From contig CDPCPM010000078.1 in assembly GCA_976551045.1 (NCBI GenBank), forward strand, positions 5,580,001 through 5,644,000: 64,000 nucleotides of DNA, given 5' to 3'. Below, piece after piece: positions 35,185-48,599 of this stretch; positions within the stretch are counted from its first letter, which is position 1; each line of letters opens with the position of its first letter. The DNA comes from Glaucostegus cemiculus. Taxonomy: Eukaryota. The position numbers and the translations under genes were made by a program. The notes under the pieces are model-generated. The model made no database searches. It had not been told where the DNA came from and worked only from the letters and a program-made list of their open reading frames with translations.

Positions 35185-37450
35185 CATTTTTCTGGGATCT
35201 GGGTCACCTGCCAGCCAGCATTTATTGCCTATCCATCCTTAAAGATGGTGATGAGCTGCTTTCTTGAACCACTACAGTCCTTCTCATGAAGGTACTCCCA
35301 CAGTGCAGAGTGTTCCAGGATTTAGACCCAGCAAAGATGGAGGATATATTTCCCAGTCAGGATGGTGTGTGGTTTAGAGGAGATTCCCGCAGGTGGTGGT
35401 GCTTCCATGCACCTGCCACCTTTTGTGGTGGTAAAGCTCACAAGTTTGGGAGATGCTGTTATAGTAAGCTGGGCAAGTAAGTGTAGAGGATTTTGTAAAT
35501 GGTACACATTGCAGCCATTGTGCATCAGTGGTGGAGAGAATTAATGTTTAGTCTTTTTGATGAGGTACCAATTAAGATGCCTGCTTTGTCCTGGATGGAG
35601 TTGAACTTCATTGGAGTTGTTAGCATTGCAATCATCCAGGCAAGTGGAGACCATTCCATTGCATTCCTAGCTTGTGCTTTGTAGATGGTGGAAAGGTCCT
35701 TGAGGTGTCTGGAGGTGAATTCTTCCCCACAGGATACCCAACCTCTGACTCCTGTAACAATTACGTTTATGGTGACCCCCCAGAATGTTGATGGTGTGGG
35801 ACTTGGCACTGGTAATGCCATTGAATGTCAAAGGTAGGTGGTTAGATTCCCTCCTGGTGGAGATGGCCATTATCTGACACTTCGAGAGTGTGCATATTAC
35901 TTGCTACTCATCATCCTGTGCCTGAATAATCTAGTTGCATGCAGGCAGGGGCTGCTTTATTTACTGATCAGTTGTGAATGGAATTAAATGTTGTGCAATT
36001 ATCTCTGAGAAACCCGATTCCTTACATGGTGGAAGGAAGGCCATTGATGACATGGGTGAAGGTGCTTGGGTCTAGGACACTGACATGAGGAACTCCTGCA
36101 GAAATGTCTTGGAACTGAGATGATTAACCTTTGACAACCACAGCCATCTTTCTTTCTATGAGGTATGACTCCAATGATTGAAATATCTTCCCCTCGATGC
36201 CCTTCAGTTTTTCCACAGTGCCTTGACTCTACACTCTGTCAAATGTTACCTTGATATCAAGGGCACTCGCTCTTTCCTCAACTTTAGAATTCAGCTCTCT
36301 AGTCCATGTTTGGACCAAGGCTATGACGAAGTAAAGAGCTGAGTTGCCCTGGCAAAACCTAAACTGGGCAGCAGTGATCGGGTTATTGGTGAGTAAGCAT
36401 TACTTCATAGGACAACCAATGATATCTTCCATCTGAGAGTAGACTAACTGGTCAGTAATTATCCAGATTGGATTTGTCCTGCTTTTTTGTGAAAAGAACA
36501 TTGCTGGACAAATTTTCATAGTTTTGGGTAAATTCCAGCACTGTACTGGAATAGCTTGGCTAGAGGCACCGCTAGTTCGACAGCTTAAGTCTTCAGTAAG
36601 ACAGCTAGGATGTTTTCTGGTCCCATAGCCTTTGCAGAATCCACTGCTCAGCTATTTCTTGATATTGAATGAAATAAATTGAACTGGTTGGAGACTGGCT
36701 TCTGTGATGGCAGGAATCTCAGAAGGAAGCCGAGATGACAATTCTGGTTGAAAACAGTGATAACTGCAGCAACCTTTTCTTTACCATTTGTGCTGGGTGC
36801 CAACTTCATTGAAGTTGGGATATTCTTGGTACCTTCACCTTCCTGCTTGTGCTTTAATTGTCCACCACCATTCATGACTTGACTTCGTGCTGAAGTGAAC
36901 CTAGAACAGTGCAGCATGAAACAGGTCCTTCAGTCTACAATATTGTGCTGATCTAATTAAATTAGGAATCAAATGCCCAACTAAACTAATCCCTTCCACC
37001 TAAGTATCCACATCCTTACATTTCCCACACATTCTTGAGCCTATCTAAGAGCCTCTTAAATGCCCCTGTCATATTTGCCTCCACCACCACCCCAGGCAGC
37101 ACATTCCAGGCACCCACCACTCTGTGTGTAAAAATAAAAAAATTTGTCCCGCACATCTCCTTTCATTTAGCTCTATCTATTGCATTATACTTTTGCTGTT
37201 TATCATGCAAGTAGTCCTGTATTGCAACATCACAGGCTGACACCTATCATTTTTTTAGGTCTGCCAAGTGCTGCTTCTCATTGAACCAGTGTTGATCCCC
37301 TGGTTTGGTTGTTACAGTAGAGTGAGGTATTTACGAGACCACAAGGTCACAGATTGTGGTTGTGTATATATCTGCTGCTGCTGATAGTCCATAAATGCCT
37401 CATGGATGCCCAGCTTTGAGCTGCCAGATTTGATCTGAGTCCATTCCATT
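35185..37450 (-). mobile_element. Second CR1/L2-superfamily LINE, long decayed copy, with a CR1 tail inserted at ~36895-37165
   Basis: LSTIYKAQARNAMEWSPLAW, IQDKA..LIG, and ALDIK/AMGP.NI remnants on the minus strand; homologous to 4750-6005 and 54530-55290. Confidence 0.75.
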
Positions 37451-37799
37451 TACCAAATGGAATAATAAAACAAGGGGATTAAATGTAATCTTAACGTAAA
37501 TCAGGGGCTGACGTTCAGTGTGGACTTGGTGGACCAAAGGACCTGTTCCCATTCTGTCTCCCTCTATGACTATGAATCAATAATAAATACCAGTGGCTAA
37601 GAAAGAAATTGAAAGCCAGGAAATGTCAATATGTTATTGAAGGTGTCAGCCATGGATTACTAGTAACACCTTTGACTCTTACTGGGAAGATTATGGTTTG
37701 AAACCTCACCTGATGAAATCCGGACTCACATTTCAGTGCAATATGGAAGGAATGCAGTGTTTTCTGGGGTGTGGTCTGCCAGATGAGACATAACCTCCT

Positions 37800-38305
37800 T
37801 CCTATGTGTACAATTTTGGTTTCCCTGTTATAGGAAAGATATCATTAAGCTGTGAGGAGTGTGCAAGGGCCAGGGTAATATGAAGAGACTGGGCAGGCTA
37901 GGACTTTATTCCTTGTGATGTAGGAGACTGAGGAGTGACCTTATAGAGGCATACAAAAATTATGAGGGGCATAGATAGGGAGAATGTACACAGCCTTTTT
38001 CCCAGGGAAAGGGAACAAAAAACTAGAGGGCATAGGTTGAAGGTGAGAGGGGAAAGATTTAAAAGGGATGAGGGGCAACCTGTTCACACAGAAGGTGATG
38101 CGTATTTGGAGCAAGCTGCCAGGGGAAGTGGTTGAGGCAAGTATAATAACATTATAAAGACATTTGGATAAGCACATGGAGGGGAAAGGTTTAGAGGGAT
38201 ATGGGCTAAATGCAGGCAAATGGGACTAGTTTAGGTGGGCACCTTGGTTGGCATGGATGAGTTGGCCTGAAGGGCCTGTTTCTGTGCTGTATGCCTTTAT
38301 GACTT
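37800..38305 (+). mobile_element. CR1 LINE 3' fragment
   Basis: VQFW.P.YRKD, DLIEAYKIMRG, TRGH.LKVRG; GAAGGGCCTGTTTCTGTGCTGTA tail. Confidence 0.85.
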
Positions 38306-38384
38306 TCAGGTGGATTCTCAAGAGGTGCAGAGCAGGTTTCCCTGATATTCTGGCCGATATTTTTTGCTTGACTTAGATTCAGCA

Positions 38385-38910
38385 GACTGATTGCTGGGAT
38401 GGTGGGATTAACATATGAAGAGGGAATGGGTAATTAGGCTTTGTCTTCTAAACTCCAGCAAATGTGAGAGGGGACCTAAACTAAAATCAGAAAATCCTGA
38501 TGGGACTAGACAGACTAGATACAGGTAAGTGTTCCCATTGGTGGGGGAAATACAGAATCAGGTATTTAGGGTAGACCATTTTGGACTGATATGAGCAATT
38601 ACTTTGCCCAGGGAGTAGTGAACCTCTGGGATATTTTGCAACCCCCCCCCCCCTTCCCCCATATAACTGCACAACATGTAGTTTGGAAAAATTGCATGCA
38701 AGGTTTTGGCAATTGATTGTTACCCAACATGGGTAAGGCTTCTTAGACAGCTGAGATCTAATCATTAAATGTCTTCAAGAAGAGATTAGATCAAGTGATG
38801 TGGGGAGGAAACAGGAAGAAGGAACTAACACGTCAGCCATAATAGTATTGAATGGCCAAGCAGGCTCAAAGGGCTGAATGGCCTACATTTACTCCTATTT
38901 TCTATGTTCC
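38385..38910 (+). mobile_element. Older CR1 LINE 3' fragment
   Basis: GLTYEE remnants; tail GAATGGCCAAGCAGGCTCAAAGGGCTGAATGGCCTAC..CTCCTATTTTCTATGTTC. Confidence 0.7.
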
Positions 38911-40179
38911 TCACCAGTATCACTAAAACAGATTATCTGATCATTATTTCTGAGATCTAATCAAATGGAAGATTTCCTAGACTTGCAGCTACAACTACAC
39001 GTCAAAATTGTTTCACAGGCTGAAAAATTTTTTGCGTATCCTGAGGCCATAAGATAACTATATAAATGCATTTCTTTAAATGTTATGGTTGCAAAATTAT
39101 GTTCTCTTAAAAATGCACAGAGAGCTCCACTCCTTTTAGGATGTTGAGTGGTAAGTATTTGACAACTGGTTTATGATCTAGTTGACCTTGGCAGATGAGA
39201 CTGTTGATGTTGCTCTGCCACTGAATTGACAGGGTACTAAAATGAGAATATTAATGTGAAGATCAGCTACAAATCCTTGTTAAATGAATGATAGAAGTAG
39301 CCAGACTACCAATTGGTAGAACCTTCAGCCAAGGCAACCACAGCAGGGACATTTGAAGGTCAGAAAACACTTCAAAGGCTCATCAATGTCACACTACAGG
39401 GATGAACAATGTTGGGTAATAACCAGTTGCCAAAATCCTGCCTGCAGCATTTTTAACTGATCTACATGGTAAGTACACACTGTTTTGGCCCCCTGCTTGT
39501 GCTTACTTCTTGGTGAGACTTTGGGCAATTTTGTGGGGGGTGGGGGGGGTCACAAAAAATATATTGGGGGAGACTTTATTAAAGCCATGCCCCCAGGCAT
39601 AACTGACATATAAGGAGTTTTCAATTTCTCAGAAATGTTAAAACTTTCAAAAATGATTGTAAAATTGTAAATGATTCATTGATTGACAATTTTTAAAATG
39701 AAAATTAATGATACTAAAAAGCATTATTAAAAACATGTCCAGGTCCATTGGAATGGATGGAGTTGAGGTTCTTTTGCCAGGTTCCAGTGGATAGATGTCC
39801 AAGGTCAGAGCTGGGTGACTATGAAAATTTGTTCTCTGTGTTACATTAATTTGTTCTCTGCGTTACATGACTCTAAGTTACATTACCATGTAATTCTTGG
39901 GAGAGTGGACAGAGATTGATGAGCAGCATTTTAACTGTGTGCTCAGTTGGGTGATCCAACTAATACATTCTGAATGTGGCACATTCTTCAAAAACGTTGT
40001 CTTTCCCCCATATCTCTTTGCATCCTGTAAGTGCTGAGCACCAGATATAAGCAGAAACAATGAAGTTACTTCACCCGATTCTCCAACTTTGCCTCTGCCT
40101 TTGCTTGGAGCAGGTATGCTTTATAAAACAGGATTTCATGTTGTGCTAATTGCCCATAGGTTGTTTTGTGCCTACATTG

Positions 40180-40610
40180 TCCCAATCCATCACAAGAACC
40201 AGCCTCCCTGCCATTGACTCCATCTGCACTTCTCACAGCCCCGGAAAAGCAGCCAAAATAATTACAGACCCCTCTCATCCCTGTCATTCTCTCTTCTCCC
40301 TTCTTACATCGGGCAGAAGATACAAAAGCTTGAGAGCACGTATCAACAGACTCAAGCACAGCTTCTATCCTGGTGTTATCAGACTTTCCAATGGACCTCC
40401 TATACGCTAAAAGATGAATTCTTGATCTCCAAATCTATCTCACTGTGGCCCTTGCATTTTATCTGTCTACCTGTGCTGCACTTTTCCTGTAACTGCAACA
40501 CTATATTCTGCATTCTGTTGTTCTTTTTACTACCTCGATGTGCATATGTATGACACACGAACAAAAGCTTTTCACTGTATCTCAGTACACGTGACAATAA
40601 TAAACCAATA
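40180..40610 (+). mobile_element. Rex1/Babar-type LINE 3' end
   Basis: TSLPAIDSICTS..KAAKII.DPSHP.HSLFSLL.SGRRYKSLRARINRLKHSFYP.VIRL.N followed by a 3' UTR ending AATAATAAACCAATA. Confidence 0.88.
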
Positions 40611-42109
40611 CATTTTCCTCCCTTCAATTTTGCCTTCCATATCTCCTATCTTCTTTATGATTCATGCTTGCCGAACCATTATTACAGTTCACTAATTTGC
40701 ACAGATGTCCAGACTTTTACCTTTCAGTGGCTGCAGACTTCTAACTGCAAGTTAACCTGTGCATCCCATGGGCACACACCCAATGCAAACCAAGGAATTA
40801 CTGGCAAAAGCTATACTTCTCTCACTTAGTCTTCAGTTTGATTTGAGCTCAGGTTAATGCGTGTTTGAACTGTTTTGCAGCCTGTTCCGTCACCCAGCTT
40901 GAGCTTCAAATTATGAGCATAGCCACAAAAACATCATACATTTTGAACAGTGCTGAATATGGACAATTCCATATTGGCATGGATTAATTCTGAGAACAAA
41001 ACAGAGAAACTGTTTGGTCTCTCCTAATACGGAAAGATCAATTCTCTGTAATTAATTCACTTTTATACATGAGTCAAGTTCAGCTAAAGAGATCAAGCAA
41101 TGTGATATGATTTAAGACTCTGTAACTTCTATTACATAATTGACTCTGAATTTAGTTCAGGGAGAAATAATAAAATGAAAAATTATCTGCATAACAATAT
41201 GAATCGTTTCTGGGTTTTTGCAGACACAGCAGAGACAGAAGTGTACTCTGTTAGCCAACTTGTCTGAACTTCTCATTTATTACAGTCACTGTGCTCCATG
41301 GTTACATTTTTGTCATATGTAAGACAAAAGGAAATGCATGGAGAAAGAATTGTGGTTTCTATAGCTGCTTGCTTTAAAGACATTTAACTTTGTAGCCAGG
41401 GCTGAATCTGGTAACATGAGGTTGATAAATTTATACCACAGAGCCTACTTTTCATTTGCAAGTTTGGGGATTAAATCTTACGAACATATCAGAAATGCAT
41501 TGCTCTTTCTTCAGTGTGGTTAAGTCCTAATTATGGAGTTCACTGCCTAAGGGCACTGTTGAATTACCTTCATTACATGAACTGAAGGGGTTCAAACAGA
41601 TGACTTGCTATACATGGGCTACTAGCCATGGGCAATAAATCCCTGCCTTAATAGTAATGTCCAGAATGGATTGAAAGAGTGTTTTCAGATTTCCAGAAGT
41701 TGTTGTCATTCTTTTTATCTCCACATGTATTACGGACATACAAGACAGTGGTGGATAAGGACATTTTACCAACGCTTTCACCTAGAGGGGAGAATATACA
41801 TTTCCCCAACCCCACCATCCTTCCAAAATCTTCATTGCCGTATCTACTTATTCTGTGATTATGGCTAGAAGAACCTGGGAGTCTGTTTTAAGTCATGATC
41901 CTATCTGTGTGACTATATGGGCGGGGGGGGGCGGGGTTCCATTCTAAGAAGGTTTTTCCTTTATTGTCTTTAATTTCTCTATAATATACCCCCTCAAAGG
42001 CATCTTTTGCAGGTTGAAACTTCCAAGACTATGAACTTCCCTGGTGCTCCTTTCCACCCCCCACTGGTCTCATATTGGCAGGTACCCTAACCACAAATGC
42101 ACATTCATC

Positions 42110-42222
42110 AGGATCGGTCTCGACCCGAAGCGTTGACTGTTTATTTCCCTCCATAGATGCCGAATTCCTCTAGCATTTTGTGTGTATCACTCCAGATTCC
42201 AGCATCTCTGGAATCTCTTGTG
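42110..42222 (+). mobile_element. Penelope terminal fragment with partial hammerhead-like motif
   Basis: GGTCTCGACCCGAAGCGTTGACTG...CCATAGATGC...CTCCAGATTCCAGCATCT, the reverse complement of the 42959-43095 terminus. Confidence 0.75.
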
Positions 42223-42958
42223 AGTCAGTACAACAGTTGGATTGTAGAACCCTCTGATTTGTATACTTTTAGCTGTCTGGTTCATTATCCTATTGGCTTT
42301 GCTGATTGTTCAGTATTTGTTGGAAATGCTAAGTCTGGAGTCCACTTGGCATCCTGGGATTCTTTCAACACTTCATCCAGGCACCACTGAGTGGGGTGAA
42401 CATTGGTCAGGAATGTTCCTCATCTGCAACTAACCCATGGAAAATTTCAAACTGATGTGCTCAGAAATGGAAAACCTTGGTCATCAAATTGGTTGTTTTG
42501 TACAACAGATAGCACACTTGTTCTCCCACAAGATTGAAACACACTTTGATTTATGTATGCGCATTCCTAGCTGATTTGAGCCAAAATCTCTGGGTAAGCT
42601 GCCATGAATAAGTCCTACAAGTCCTGTGTGCTGGACAAGGCATTTCTGTATACCTGGATCTGGAGCAAACTAGCATCAATGTGAATGTCTTGCCGGTGTG
42701 GTGAAGGATACTTAATGGCAGAATAAAGGAAGAGCAAATGACCTCATGATATAAGTCATGTACACCCCTGTCCTGCAGGTAGTACGGATTCTGTGGGGAG
42801 ACTGGTGAATGTACAAGTGTTGTTTAAGGGATAGTTGAATGGTGTGGATGGACCTAAAGAGAGAGGCAAAAGTGCACATGATACAGTGGCTCTCAGCCCA
42901 CACTCCCAATTCACATTCCCCAATGGCCTGAACTTCTCCAGGTCCAGATGACCAATCT

Positions 42959-43540
42959 GAGACACAGGAAATTCTGCAGTTGCTGGAATCTGGAGCAATA
43001 CACAAAAAGTACTGGAGGAGCTCTGCAGGTCAGACAGCATCCATGGAGGGAAATAAGCAGTCAACGTTTTGGGTCGAGACCCTTCATCAGGACTGGAAGG
43101 GAAGAGGGCAGAAGTCAGAATAAGGGGGAGGAGGAGGAGCACACACAGGCAAGGGATAGGAGAGTTCAGGTGATAGGCAGGTCCAGGTGAGAGGGGGAAG
43201 ATAGTGGGAGGGGGAGAAGATGTAATAAGCTGAGAGGTGATAGGTAGAAGATGCCAAGGGCTGAAGAAGAAGGAATCCAGTAGGACAAGGCAGTGGACCA
43301 TGAAGTAAAGGATGGGGGAGCAGAGGAGATGGGCAGGTCATCGGGGCAGAGGAAGGGAGCCATAGGAATAAGGGAAGGCAATGGTGGGGGGGGGGGAAGA
43401 AAAGAAAAAGAAGGGGTGGAGTTACTGGAAGTAAGAGAAATCGATGTTGAGGCCATCAGGTTGGAGACTCCCAAGGCAGAATATGAGGTGTTTTCATCCA
43501 ACCTGTGCCTGGTCTCAGCGTGGCAGTAGAGGAGGCCATG
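42959..43540 (-). mobile_element. Penelope-like element 3' end (GIY-YIG C-terminus, pyrimidine-rich UTR, pseudo-LTR), 12-bp TSD
   Basis: Minus ORF begins GLLYCHAETRHRLDE (decayed end of the Penelope endonuclease). TSD GATGACCAATCT at 42947-58 and 43541-52. Confidence 0.88.
43058..43095 (-). ncRNA. Minimal type I hammerhead ribozyme motif, probably inactivated
   Basis: CAGTC-CTGATGA-A-GGGT(CTCG)ACCC-AAAA-CG-TT-GACTG. Stem I CAGTC/GACTG, core CUGAUGA and stem II are intact; GAAA has become AAAA. Confidence 0.75.
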
Positions 43541-45014
43541 GATGACCAATCTCCCCAGTGTATGTGCTAGGAAATCTCAACAATGCTCCTGCCCTGCTCT
43601 CAAACTCCATGGTGATGGTCCCTGGATGGGAAATTCAACCAGATGTTGGAAACTTCCCAGTGTGCATGCAATTCCTAAAACTTGAAGTTGCAGTTATTCT
43701 CTGTTGGGGAAATCCCAGCAAAATCCAGGTCAATGATTCACTCCGATCTTTAACCTTTTTTTGTGGTGTGAGTAGAATTGGGCAATTTGCTATAGCTGTT
43801 CAACATGCCAGTGGCTATGTGCACCTCCTGCTTTTAGTCTATGCGCAATTTCAAACCTGTAAGTTCAAACTTCAGGTCTGACCTTTTGACTTTAAGTATT
43901 TGTTTATCAAAATTTTGTTGTGTTAATGCTAGGTGGTTTGATTTTTTAAGGATAATGTTAATAATTAGCATGCAATATTCTCCTCCTGAGGTGAAACAAG
44001 AGCATATGGCACCAGGAGGAGAGTGGACTGTAATGTTATATCTAAATCATAATAAGCAATGATTTCTTTCGGGGGGAGGGGAACATTGAAGTATTACGTG
44101 AATGAACTTGCACAAACCAATATGTGCTCAGTCAATTGGATGCAGATTATAGAAGAACTGAATGATGCCAAGGAAAGTTGGTGCCTTCTAGAAATTAACT
44201 AGGTGTCCTAAAAGGAGTCTATCCCCAACTGAGATCAGTGGGCACCAGATCTGAGACCAATATTAACTTGAAAGGTCATGTTAGTTTTCAGAAAAAAAAA
44301 ACAGGCAAGCATAGGATGAACAAAAAGCATGATAATAGGATGTGTCTCTCCCTCTATTCTTTCCCAGGGTGTACACATTGCTGGCAAGGCTAGCATTTAA
44401 TGCTGCCCCCATTGTTCCCACAGCACGCTGGTGTTGAACTACCATGTTGTGGTGAAAGTGTACTCATGATGCTGTAAGGTAGGCTGGAAGTGATATATTT
44501 TCAAGTACATTAAGAATGGATGGATTTCATCTGATTTCATGTGCACCAAGAAGGAACATAGTGTTAATCTGGGTATGCAATGAGTGTGCTCTGTTCTAGG
44601 CAGTTTAAAATATTGTCACAGACCATTACTGAAGTGCAATAATGACTTCAAAATAAAGCTGGGTTCAATACTGAAAAATTAGCTCTGTTTCTCCCTCCTA
44701 GAGATGCTAACTTGATGTTCTTTCCTCCCTTCCCTGTGTTCACTGTGTATCTCAGTATTTCTAGCAGTTTCTATTCTCATTTCAGATCTCCCAACAGTTT
44801 TGCTGTTCATTTCACATTGATGATAACCTTCTGCTTGAAATATTGCGCCGTTTGGTCTAAGCCCTTTAATAATCAATCTTTCTAGTTGGAAAAATTTGGG
44901 ATGCTGTTGTTTTGGAAGTTATGGGAATCATGGAAATATATAGCACAGAAAGAAGCCATTTACCCTGAAGAGCCTGTTGTGATTCTTTGAAGGAGTCATA
45001 GTGCTGAGCACCAT

Positions 45015-45225
45015 TTTTGGCTCAGTTGGCAGTCCTCTGATTTCTGAGTCTCTAAGTTGTGGATTCATGTCCTATGTAAAGATTTGAGCATGGCATTTTG
45101 GCAGAAAATCCAATGAAGCACTGCAGGAGTACTGCTCTGTCTTTCTGGTTAGGCATTAAACTAAGACCCTGTCTGGTCCCTCAAGTGGATGTATTGTAAA
45201 GTAGATAAAGGAGAGCAGAACTTTT
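45015..45225 (+). mobile_element. Deu-domain SINE 5' part
   Basis: TGGCTCAGTTGGCAG A-box-like, TCTGAGTC..GTTGTGGATTCA, TTAAACTAAGACCCTGTCTG..CTCAAGTGGATGT. Confidence 0.6.
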
Positions 45226-45574
45226 AACGTGGTTTTAAAACAGGAAATTAAAAAGCTATAAATGTTCAACAGGTCAGGCAGCATCTGTGGGAAGAGAAAA
45301 CGTTTGTGTGACAGGTTGCTGACCTTGCATCAGTGTTGGAAAAAGTCAGAGTTGCACAAAGAAAGCAGGGAGAGGAGAAGAGAACATTTAAATGATGTGG
45401 AAGGCCAGGAGAGGTTAAACAACTTCAGAGATGATGATGCATATAACATAAGCATGAAGGAGATGAATGTGCAAAATAATCATCTGAAATTGCCAAGGGA
45501 ATTTGGGAAATCTAGGAATGCTAGAGTTAAAAACAAACCTGGAATACTCATTATCTGAAATTATTGCAGATAGT

Positions 45575-47432
45575 TTTTCAATAGTGTTAGAGAGGACCTG
45601 GCGAGAGTAGAGTCAGAGCAGACGCTTCTGGGTAAAACAACATCTGGCAACTAGAAGTTTTTTAAAAGAGTATTAGTAAGAGTTCAGGTCCAGCATAATC
45701 TGGTAAGGACGAAAGGCAAAGACAGTATGATTGGGGAACCAAGGATGACAAAGGATATTGTAGGTTTGATCAGGACAAAAAAGGAAGTATATAATTGGAA
45801 TAGGCATGTGGAATCAAGTGAGTCCCTTCTGGAACATACAGGGTGTAGGAGAGAACTTGGGAGTTAGAAAGACAAAAGGGGGGCATGAAATATCCTTGGC
45901 ATTAAGATTAAGAAGAATCCTGCGTCATTCTATATGTATATGAGCAGCATGAGGGTAGCTAGGAAATGAGTGGGTCCTTTTGGGGACTAAATGGGTTATC
46001 TATTTATAGAGCCAGGGAATGTGGGTGAGGTCCCAAATGAATACTTCTCATCTATATTCAACAAGGAGAAGAACATGAAAGGTAGTGGGTTCAGGGAGGG
46101 GTACATTGATAGTCTGAACCATGTTCAGAGGGGAGGTGTTGGATATCATGGAATGGATAAGGGTTGATAAACCCCAGGGCTGGAATAGATCTATCCTAGA
46201 GTGCTGTGGGAAGCCAAGGAGGAGATAGCTGATGGAGACTTTTGCATCTTTGTCAGCTACAAGTAGGTGCCAGAAGACTGGATAGCTAATATTGTTCCGT
46301 TATTTAAGAAGGGCAGCAAGTATAAGGCAGGAAACTACAGGCCAGTGAGCTTTACATCAGTGGCAGGGAAATGGTTGGAGAAAATTCCAAAGGGATAGGA
46401 TCTGTGTGCATTTAGAAAGGCAGGGGCTGATTAGGGATGGACAGCATTGGCTTTGTGCAAGAAAAATCTTGCCTCACTTGATTGAGTTTTTTGAGGTAAC
46501 TAAGAAGACTGAAGAAGGCAGGGCAGTAGATATTGTCCATATAGACTTTAGTAAGGCATTTGACAAGGTCCAATATGGTAGGTTGGTCCAGAAGGTGAAG
46601 GCACATGGGATCCAAAGTTAACTGGCTAACTGGACATACAACCAGATGCAAAGTTGGGCAAAGCGTTGGCAAGTAGAATTTAATCCTGACAAGTGATGCA
46701 TTTTGGGAAATTGGACAGGATTAGGACATTAGTAAATGGCAGAGAACAAAGGAATGTTGATGAACAAAAAGAGTTTTGGGGTCCAAGTCCTTATTTCCTT
46801 GAAAGTGGCAACACAGGTGGACAGGGAGGTGAAGAAAGTATATGGCATGCTTGCCTTCCTGGGCTGAGGCATAGAATATAAGAGTTGGAATGTTATGCTG
46901 CATGTTTGCAAAACACTGGTTAGGCTACACGTGAAGTCTCATGTGCAGTTTTGGTTGCCGCACTATAAGAAGGATGTGGTTGCAATGGAGTGTGTGCCAA
47001 GGAGATTCACTAGGATGTTTCCTGGATTGAAGGAGAGATTACTGGATCAGGAGAGATTGGATAGACTCGGCTTGTTTTGCCTTGGATGAAGGAGACTGAG
47101 GGGTGACCTGATAGAGGTATGTAAAATTTATAAGGGGCAAAGATAGGGTAGGTAGTCTGAATCTTTTTTCCCATGGTAGGGGCATCAGGAACAAAAAGGC
47201 ATAGTTTTAAGGTGAGAGGTAGGAGATTTTAAAGGGGATTTGAGCGGAAAGTATTTTTACACAGAGAATGGTTGACATCTGAAATTCGCAGACAGAGGTG
47301 GTGGAGGAATTGGGTACAATCATATCTAGATAAGCACTTAAACAGGAAGGGCATTGAAGTATACAGATGGGCAAAAAGGTTGACATTGACACGGTGAGCT
47401 GAAGGGATTGTTACTGTGCCGTATAACTCTAT
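45575..47432 (+). mobile_element. CR1 LINE ORF2, decayed, with the RT core deleted at ~46640
   Basis: PLFKKG..GNYRPVS.TSV, DIVHIDFSKAFDKV..GRL, then a direct jump to QSWAKRWQVEFNP with no GVPQG/FADD; later TLVR...VQFW.PHY and tail. Confidence 0.88.
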
Positions 47433-47469
47433 GAAGCAATGGCAGTGTTTATAGCCTTCCAGGTTTATT

Positions 47470-47640
47470 GTGCTTAGTCAATAGATCAGGTGCTGTTCCT
47501 TGAGCTCAGTTACAGCAAAATAGGAGGCTGAGAATGGAGGTGAGAGTGGTAAAATGACAAAATTAAATTGACAGGCAGTTGGGAGCTTGAAGGCCATTTT
47601 TTGTGGACTGAAAAAAGGTATTCTGCAGAGTGTCTGTTGT
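47470..47640 (-). mobile_element. Penelope GIY-YIG region fragment, old
   Basis: Minus-strand remnants resembling AE.L.SV....KLP.A.NF....HS....ILSLL and EQHL. Confidence 0.45.
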
Positions 47641-47799
47641 GTCGCCCCCAAGGAGACTCAGTTGTGGTTTCCTGCTAATACCTATTCCTCAATCCATATC
47701 TGAAAAACTGGCCTTCCAGTCATTATTGCATTACCACTTGGGAGATTTTGGGTGGAAATCAGCTGCTGTGCATCCTAATGTACAAAGGAATCTATTTTC

Positions 47800-48140
47800 A
47801 TTGACTGTAAAGGACTGGACAAATTAGATGCAGAAAGGATGCAGATTAGATGCAGAAATTAGATGCAGTCCAGGACCAAGGATCACAGTCTAAGGATAAG
47901 GGTAAGCCATTTAAGACTGAGATGTAGGGAAATTTCCTCTCCCAGAGAATGGCGAACCAGTGGAATTCTCTATCACAGAAAGAAGTTGAAGCCAAATCAC
48001 TAAATGTTTTCAGGAAGTAGTTGGATATGGCTCTAATGGTGAAAGAAGTTAGGGAATGTGTGAGGTGGCTTGAACAGGGTACTTAATTTGCAGTGATCAG
48101 CCATGATCATATTGAATGGTAGAATGGTTCCTATTTCTAT
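47800..48140 (+). mobile_element. Old CR1 LINE 3' fragment
   Basis: SRT.DHSLRIR, F.QR.ANQWNSL remnants; GATCAGCCATGATCATATTGAATGG tail. Confidence 0.7.
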
Positions 48141-48599
48141 GTCTCCATCATTCGGAGACCTTGTGTCTAGCATCTTATCACAAAACACTTTTGCCAGCAG
48201 TGACCAGAAATGACCCAAGGCTGGGAGAGATGTTCTGTAAAAATTCTGGCCCACATTCTTGCTTTTTATTTGTAATAATGTAAGTTCTTCTTTCTTATTA
48301 AATGTATCTATTAATGCTTGTCGAGTGCAACTGTCTGTATTTTTTTCAACCAGGTCTACCAATGATTTTTTTCCTTGTCTCCTGAAATGTATAGTTAGGG
48401 TCAGTTGACGTGAGGGAGTAATCAGAAATTGAATATTTTTTCTTCCAAAAACAGCTTTTGGAAAATGGAACAGTGAACAGCAGTTGATAGAAAAGTGATC
48501 CTCTGAATGATTGAGAAATAAATTTTAACCTGAGGCCAGATAAGTGACTGGACATTTGTATACTGCTCTTAGAATATTCCAAAACAATTTGCAGCCACA

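Larger units (their letters stand above)
37655..39077 (+). mobile_element. Deu-domain SINE split into three pieces by two CR1 insertions
   Basis: Piece 1, 37655-37800 (..CAGTGCAAT..GAAGGAATGCAG..CAGATGAGACAT). Piece 2, ~38306-38372 (TCAGGTGGA..AGAGCAGG.TTCCC..TTCTGGCCGATATTT). Piece 3, ~38912-39077 (ATCACTAAAACAGATTATCTGATCATTAT..CTATATAAATGCA). Confidence 0.65.

Noticed and set aside
39826-39868. 22-bp tandem duplication (similar small ones at ~1515-1565 and ~47822-47867)
   Set aside because: Ordinary slippage products.
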